From Phoronis australis (lineage: Eukaryota; Animalia; Phoronida): DNA of 37,311 bases. Position numbers and translations under genes: made by a program. The notes beneath the pieces were generated by a model. The model saw only the letters and a list, made by a program, of their open reading frames with translations, made no database searches and was not told where the DNA came from. The stretch lies in NCBI GenBank assembly GCA_002633005.1, contig NMRA01000338.1, positions 10,369-47,679 on the forward strand, written 5' to 3'. Every line of letters begins with the position of its first letter. The stretch's first letter is position 1. Below, one piece after another: positions 24,401 through 33,400 of this stretch.

Positions 24401-27400
24401 ACAGCCACAGACGAGAAAGAAATTCCCTACTCTTCCCAGTAGTAACACATGTGCCATTTTCATAAGTGAAGGAGGATGTTTCTATGTGTCTCAATCTCCA
24501 AGTATTTTCACAGTCAGCTAAATAAAGTTCTATGCTGTGCAAATCTGGTTTTGAAAAATGGTAATTTTAGGATTTTGTCTAGCCAATCAAAGCGATATAC
24601 CCATTAAATAAACGAAGAAACTTCTATGAGAACAAACATAAGTTTCAGTTAATTGTGAACGACATTTGCCTTGAGATTATCACTTTGCATTTGAATTGAC
24701 CTCAAAACATAAAATTAACTCCAGAAATGAACTTCCCGACCCCAAAAGCATTGCAAATATGACATAATTTGTTCTAGTGATAATAATAGCCGAAATATGC
24801 CAACTTCCATTCTGCAGGCAACCATATTGAATTTTGTGCCTAGCGACCACCAGGGGCTCAGAACACTTTGCTTTTTTTAATTTTCTCTTCTTATACATAA
24901 CATTGTACCAAATTGCAAACATCTGTCACAAAGTACTCAAATTTTACAAATCTGCATATATGTCCTCCCCGCTGTTCAACAACATCGTTGGAAGTACGAT
25001 ACGAGCGGAGCGTCATGAAGGCACAGCGAGGACAAAACCGGCACTGTACCTGTTACAGGTGCAGATATGGCCACATACGGTTTCTTGGCGTTGTCTTTGT
25101 AGTAGCCAGTGAAACTACTCCCGCGTGCTGTTTTAGAGGCGCGATTGGCGCGAGCTTCCTCCGTCGGATTGTGATCTTCATCAGTGCGAAGTTTGTACTG
25201 CTGGAAGACACTGCAGCTTATTCTGTAAAATAAATTGTAGCAAATGCGTTTTATACATGACTACACTATTGTTAAGAAGTATTACCAATACCAAATACGG
25301 CATTATATGGACATTAATCGGTAACGGTGGGTCCAGTATAGGTCGACACTGCCCATAGATAACTCCATGTTGGAAACCAGAGCAGCTGCATCTGTACGTT
25401 TATTCGATTCCCGGCCATACGCACGCGATCAAAAATGACGTGTCAGTTCACTGGAACGTTTTTCATATTGGAGCCTCAAAAACTTTATAGCAATTACTGA
25501 GAGTCGGCTTCATTCATATTTCAAATAACAGATTTTATACCACCATGTTAGCGTCGAATGGCAAATACAATCGTGTAATAACCCATTTAGTTATCTCACT
25601 AGTAAGATATCATTTTGGCGGGAAACTGAGGCTGGTTTCTAACCCAGGCCTCAAGAGCTTCGGGTCCCTGACTTTACCACTACACCACTCAGCGGCTGAC
25701 GTCATCGAACGTGAAAATAGAATACCTAAATGAAGGCGCGCAACAATCGCATGTTCAGCAAAAGACAGTGTACCAACGTTTATACGCTATGAAAAATAAG
25801 ACGCAGAATTTTCATAAAAATGATAATTTAATTCAGTGAAATTTTCTCTCGTGTTCTCCAGCTTCTAAATCACCGATCTCCAATTTAAATGCGGGTATCG
25901 TGTCGTCGGGATCCTTTGACTTGAGCATCATACTCAGTTACTAGAGGTAACCTACTTTAGCAGACGATATTTTCCCGGTCGAAGCTTAGCGTGATAAAAT
26001 GTGAAGTAAGCTATAATAGTTGCTAAACCTTAATTTATAGATTTATTTTATTTCTATTTTGTTTAAGTTTTCAATTGGTTTTGAGTAAAAGCATTATTTG
26101 ACAAAAATAGCTCGGGCCTCTGACATAGAAAGTAGTTACGAGTCGAGGAAGGTAAATCGATTCATTGCAATATTTCTCGTTCAGTATGTGGTAATACATG
26201 TTCTCAGTTGTTATCCCCCGTATTCTAGAGCCCTCGTGGATTTTGGAGAATTCTCCAAAATCCACTCGGGCTCTAGAATACGGGGGATAACGACTTTGCC
26301 ATGTAATAATCTGTATGTATCATTAATTTGAGAATGTTTATTTTGTTATTTTTTATTCTGCATTTAAAAATAGCGTGCGACATCACAAGGTAATCGTACT
26401 AAACAATATAAAACCTTGCGAAGTGTAGACATTATGGGCTGATTATGAAAATAGGGACCACTCGTCCAGCACATTAAGTTTTCTACGCATTTGTGGACTT
26501 TTGAAAATATATAGTGAATTTCTTTTGCTGTCGTTACTAATTCTACATTTGGTTTTGATACAAACTGATCGTAAACCCGCCGTTAAATAGGCATCTTTTC
26601 ATGCAAGGCCCCTAACCTAAAGACCAAGCTCCTGTTTATTATCACTGAAATAAGGTCTTTGTTTTATATAGTTTATTAGGAAATGTTATTAGCCAAAGAG
26701 AAGAGCATGATAACGATATGATGATAGACAAGCATAACGCTTTTGTGTAAACAAATGCATAAATGCGTGGAAGAATCAGATAACTTAGTTGAGTCCATTA
26801 TTTCACGCGAACAGGAAACAGTTGTGACAATTTTGAATTTATTGGAAATGAAATTTGTTGAGCAATGTAATATATCGGGAATATTGTCTTTTTGAAATAT
26901 TGTAGGAAATATTGAATATATCGGTCAGCAGCTACAGAGGCTCAGTTTAAATATTTTTGAAGGAAATCATTGGAATAACGAAAGTAGCAATAGCTGACGA
27001 GACGAAAATAAATTTAAATTTTGCAAAATGAACTTAGGTAAACGACGTGACCAGCATCCGCGCTCGTGCTTTGTAACACCGGACGATATTCCATATATAT
27101 CACTGAAAGAGTGGATCGTAATTCCTATTAGTCCACATTGACGTAAGAATATGTTGCGGTCTTACAAGAAGACAGACTGTCACTGTGAAAATGAATGTCT
27201 TTAAGCACTAAAATCTAGTACTCTTATTGCGTATATCTGCCATTGGTATATCAGAGCACGTTTGCGCAAAGGAAAACAAAAATTGACATCACCTTCTTGC
27301 GCACCTATTTGTCCTACTTTTAGTAAGAGTGTTACTTGCCCGTCAATCTCAAAACGTTTCGTCCCAGATTGACCCCCNCACCCCCGCCCATGTCAGGCGA

Positions 27401-30400
27401 CTATTATTGAGGGTGTTTCACACCAACAACCTCCAGTAAATTCGTTGTTTGCCCTTCCCTGTTCCGGAGCTCTTGTTTGCCGTTGCTAACGGTATGCAAA
27501 AATCTTGTGTTCAGTTTTTGTACCTGTCCTCCACTGGACCGTTGTAATCAGGCTTGTAACCATTCCAAGGCTTCGTCTTGTCTTCACAAATGTATTTCAT
27601 CTCTCTCGGGAACAGGTGGAAGGCTTCCTGCAAATGAAGTACGTAAGATTATTCTTGAGCTCGCTCGACTCCCATACCCTTCTATCCTTTTAACCCACGT
27701 TCCCCTATTGACTGTAAAATAGGGAAAGAGAAGCCAACTGAGTTCAAGGCCGTACCCTTGGGTTTCATATGTTGAACTTGGTTCATTGTTCAAAGTGAGT
27801 CAAGGCCGACAAAGAGTCCCGTTTAATTTTTGTTTAGGGCGGTGCAATTCCGGCGGTATGGTACCTCTAACTGTGTATTGAGTTGCATCGGCCCGCCTTT
27901 CCCGTGCCATTTCTTGCAATCCCCTGACGAAATTCCGGTGACTTCTTCTGAATCATAGTGGCAGTAATGGTCCTCAACTTTCTTGTAGTAATACGTCATG
28001 TCTTCATGTTGCCATCCTGCATTAACAAATTTAAATTTTTCTACCGTTAACCAACCAGTATCAATCACATACAAAAGGGCGTGTATTTTCATAGTTTCAG
28101 TTACGTGGGGACTTATCAAGAATTCTCTGTATTTAGACAAATACCTCCAGATTTCAACGAAATAACTGATAATGGAAATCCTGTAGGATTTGATGTTTAA
28201 CTTTTTTTGAATCTGCAATTGATTCAGTCTTGTGATCATGTCATTTCAGTGAAATTAGGGAACACGAAAGGTACATTGTTAACAAAACAATGGTGCCAAT
28301 AACATAACCAAATTTTACTTAATGTAAATGTGCAGAATGAATTCGTTTTTTGTTTCATGCGATTTTTTATATCGTAAAATTCAGAGTTTTTGTGGTCCTT
28401 CATGCTAAAATAGAACACTTCAAAAACAATTCCTAACGGATATATTGCACATGGCATAGCATCTGAAATTTTCATATGAATCCGAACAACTCTTCCTGAG
28501 ATAAGATGTTGTAAAGTTAGCAATATTTGGACAATTTTTGGGAGTCCTACATAACCTTAACTGTATTGATTGTGCATGCATGTTTTATTTAACATTTGAT
28601 TGAGAACTACCTTCAGGCCACAGGTCGAGAACAGCCGGGCTGGCGCGTCTTGCTATGGCCCCATACACGCGAGAAGTGCCCCCGCGTCCACGGAAGCGCG
28701 GAATATAGATCAAGCGGCCATCTCTATTTTTGTTGGTCAGGTATTTCCCATCTTTCGTTTCCATGGTTTTCAGCGTCGGTTGGGTGAGCCAGAATGGATC
28801 GTGAGGGCTGGTAAACTTGTAGCTGTTGGTGTACCAGCTCTCCATTCGGGATTCCATTGGGCCTGTAATGTGGACAATAACAACAGGATTCCTACTGAGC
28901 TGAGTGAGGACGGTAAGGGAGAGCCAAGGAGAGTGAGATACCCTTAACAGTAGAAGTGCGCTTTCACCACTTAAAACACATGACAGGATGGTAATGAGAA
29001 AAATATAGTTCTGCAGTTTGTTACTCATGACTGATAACACACGCCATTATGTGACAGTTGGTATATATGTACCAACACCGTAAACATGAACAATTTACAT
29101 GTTAATCATCACACGGTCTTTTTTCTCTAACGAGCCCTCATCGGACGACAGATGACACTATTTGTGGAAAAAATTGACCATTGCAGAACATTCTGACGAT
29201 GTAGACAAAGAGAACAGGTGAGGTCAAAATTTGAAGTAGGTAAACATATCCCAATATATTAAATAAAGAAATAATTGCAGGCGGTCTGATACACGTTGTA
29301 CCAGACGTGCGCAGGCCTCGCATGTGGGCCCATTGCACTGATAACCTGGAAATATTTTGATGCTTTATTAATATATGGTTAAAACCGAGCTGAGGAGCTA
29401 GAAACCTGGCTCAAGGGTTTAGCAGTGTGACCTGGTGGGACTTGAACCCACAACCTCGAGTAACGAAAGCGGGCACTTATCAACCAGGCCACACTGCCTC
29501 CTCTCCAATATATTAAAGGCGAAGGCAACCTTTTTTCATGTCACTTTTAGCAAAAATAAGGTTCGTTGATTATCCCAGACACATTTTTCACTTAATTACA
29601 GCTTTTCGTAATTTGATTAATTTCTCGTCCTCTACACCGGACGTGACGTTTTGGGAGGCAAGAGTTTCGCGCCAATTTCTTTTCATTATAATTCTGACTG
29701 TGAGAGCTGTCCAGTCAGTCATTGTTCTACCTCGGTTGTGATAAGTTTGGTCGTCGTTTGCTTTTGTTTACAAGTCAGTCAACATGCCACGCTATTGCTG
29801 CGTGCCGGGATGTACTCATTATCGTCTCACACGCGCTTTGGGTACTTTTCGTCGCTTTCCGCCTTACTTGGCTAGCGCGTTCATGTGAAGAACGCAGCGC
29901 TACCCGTCCACGCAACGTACAAAGCAGTGGAGGGTTACCGAGTGTGTGGCAAGCATTTTCTGCATTCAGATTATGACAGAGATATGTACGCTGAATTGAT
30001 GAAAGTCCCTGCGAAACAACGCCTAAAGAAAGGTACCACACCGTCGCTGCTGATTCCCGGCAGTGCCTCGTCGCCAACCCCGAGAAGTGCGTTTTTGAAG
30101 CGAGAAGCCTCGCGAGCTGTGGCCACAATATACAGTGAGTGGAGGCACTTCATCTACTGTCACCCGTGCCTCCGAACGTACCCCATTGCGTGCAATTCCG
30201 GGAACTAGCAGTGATTCGCCCTGTGTTGTTGTCTCTAGCCCCGGGAGAGCCTGTAAGCAGCCCTGCAGCGATGTTAAGTAGTGGGAGTGAATACAGGCTC
30301 AGTTCGACACCCAGTGAAGAGGGCAGTTCGTCATCCAATGAACAGATCGGTGAGCCTAAGTTTGATAAGTTTATTGTGGACTTGTATTGAAGCTATTTGG

Positions 30401-33400
30401 AAGGTGCCAGTTGTGTGACGAGGGAGTCACACGGCGGGATGTAAGCAGTTTGGGTGCTCAGATCACCCTCCAGTGGGAATGTGTCGCGGGACACTCGGGC
30501 AAGTGGGACACTTCTTCCTCTGTATGTGAGACGATAATGAGTACACCCCAGTACGCAGCAACAGCGTGTCATGTTGACTGACTCGTAAGCAAAAGCAAAC
30601 GACTACCGAACTTATTGCAACCGAGGTAAAACAATGACTGACTCGACTGTTCTCACAGTCAGACTGTATGAAAAGAAATTGGCGCGAAATTTTTGCCTCC
30701 CAAAACGTCACTTCCGGAGTAGACGACAAGTAATTAATTAAATTACGAAAAGCTGTAAATAAGTGAAAAATATGTCTGTGATGATCAACGAACCTGATTT
30801 TTGTTAAAAATGACATGAAAAAAGGTTACCTTCGCCTTTAAGATACGAAGAAAGCAGAGGAAATATGGATTAGTGGTCGTATTATAAAACATATAGAATG
30901 ATCCCTCAGGGAATTTTGTCCATGATCCATATAACTTGACAGCTTTAGGAATGGTACGTATTTGTAGAAATGTACGTTATATCGATAGGTTGGGTGGTTC
31001 AAACCACGGTTCAAATTGTCTCACTCTCTTCCAGGTCGACCTATAGCGAATGCCTGACTTGTTGGACTTTTTTCACTTCGTTAGCATAGATATTTAGAGT
31101 ATGCAGACTGACAACCGAAAGGTTCCAGGTTCAAAACTAGGGGCCCTTTCCAACGAAACTGACTTAGTTAAGACAAATCTTAAATTTTAGTAAATTTTAA
31201 AATAAAAGTTAAATTTGTCTCAAAACCGATTCAATAAAGAGTTTTTAAGTTTGACTTAAGTGTTTGACATAAATTTGTCTTAATTTTGACTAAATTACTA
31301 AATGTGGAAGTTTGGAATTTAAGATAAATCTTAAACTTAAGTTAAAAATGAACTTAAGTCAATTTTATGGAACAGGCCCCTGCCTTCTACCACGAAAAAT
31401 ATAATCCAAGTGCCCACCATGAGTATACCAGATACCGGCGCTCGCTATTCCTAGAACGTTGTAACACCTGAGGATGACCGGAGAAATAACCAACGAAAGG
31501 TCGTGCCAATTTAAATAGGTTATCGCTTGGTGGAAATAGATCGCGAGATTTTAGACATGGTGTTACAACATCACAACCTCAAAGCGGTTTCACGAGGTGC
31601 AGTCGTTCTTACAAAACAATGCATTATATGATATAGAAATGGTTACAGGCAAAATTTCTAGATCGTGTCACGTGGTACTTTGAAGACAAAAGTTGATGAT
31701 ACTATCTTTTATTTCTTTAATTTGATGAAGTTGATTACGTAGTCTTGTATCTATGACCACTAAAAGATTAGAAATCACTGTCGGATTTAAGATGCCGTAT
31801 ACGATGAGGGTACCAAAGGCATGTCGACGGTCCTTTTTGATCCCGTTCTTGGCGGAGCGAATACCTGAATTCCAGTAAGTCCACCCATGTGTTACAGACT
31901 GGGGTTTTCTCCCCTCACTAAAAACTGATAGAACTCCAACTTTGAATTTGGAATTAACTCAACCAGCCACGATGCAGATGGTAATTTTCTATTGGTGAGA
32001 TTCAATATTGAGAAGAAAATGCGAATATCTCTGATTAATATATATGGGCAAAATCGTGATACACCAAGTTTTTACAAAAATTGGTGATATTTTATCAGAG
32101 ACAGATACGGATTATACCATATTGGATGGGATTGGAACTTAGTTCAGAACTTTGACATTGATTGTTTACAGGCCAGAGTCGAAATGATTAATCTATCTTC
32201 CATATTCAGTTTAGTAGATACCTGACGTCTTCATCATCCTGTTGAGTCCTGACACGGTGAAGAAAGATGGACTAGATTTCTTCCTTGTATCAGAAGAAAT
32301 GTGTGGTTTGTTGGAGTCATCCGGCATTGATTCGGGCTATAGAACTGAACATCTAAGTGTAGGTTTCAGCTTTCGAGTAACAAATTTGACTAGAGGACGA
32401 GGCTTGTGGCGATTCAATAGCACTCTTTTATCTGATACAAATTATGTTAACTGAGGTGTTGCTTACCTCTCTCAAAAACGCAGACTTTCCATGATGGTAT
32501 TTCAGCTAGTCTACCAGCGAGGGCCAGGCTGGATGTGCCCGCACCGACGATGACGAAATCGCACCACATCCCGTCCTCCACACTCCTGTTGTAAACGACA
32601 GAACATTACTGTCATTTTGGCATGATAAACGTTCTTGGCAAACGTGCACGAGAAACGTTCACTAGAAAACCGAATAAATATGTTCCAGTCAAAAGGGGCA
32701 GGAATGGATCCTATTTTGGAAACAAATTCAAGAGGTTGCGTACATGTCACAACAAATTATTGAAGCTGTTTTGATTTCGTTATAAGTTTAGAGTATTTTA
32801 ATACCAGCAAACGGAATTTCAACAGAAATTTTACATGCAGTCCCGCTGGTCGTTGGCTCTACATGTTGATATTAGTTTCACGTCGAGGTGACTAGCAAAA
32901 CTACCCGAGCTGTATGAAAGTCCGGGGTCTGAGGAAGCCAGCCAGGTGTATGAAGACTACCGTCAAAATACAGCTAGGCACAGTTGAACTTCCATAGACC
33001 CCGAAATTGCACACAGCCAGGTTAGTTCTGCTCGTCACCCCACCGTGAAAATCCTTTCAACATGTAAAGCTAAAGACTGGATAGAGTGCATGCAAAATCT
33101 TGAAATCAACCGACACTCACCTTGCCCGTTACTGCCGTTTACCTGAAAACAATCTAATAAATGTCATTTTCTTGGGTAATTCTCCACCTTTTCTGACAAA
33201 GAAAAGTTCAGTCGTCATTTCGAAAACAGTACGCACGCGCCATTTCCTAGATGTTTGTGACATCTCTCGGAATAAGATGATGATAGCTTAGCAGCAGCAA
33301 AATTTCTTCTGAAAATCGGATTTGCTGGTATCAAAATTCTAAAAACTTATAATGAAGTGAAGCCAGTGCAGATGATTTTTTGTGACGCGTACGCAACCTC

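Noticed and set aside
28863-29040. Upstream part of ORF 28585-29040 (SGESALLLLRV..) as the GMC N-terminus
   Set aside because: It has no GxG motif and the candidate donor is out of phase. Exon 2 at 32585-32467 supplies the motif and splices in phase to 28862.
29425-29500. Functional tRNA gene
   Set aside because: A and B boxes are present but acceptor and anticodon stems do not pair properly; it fits a SINE head.
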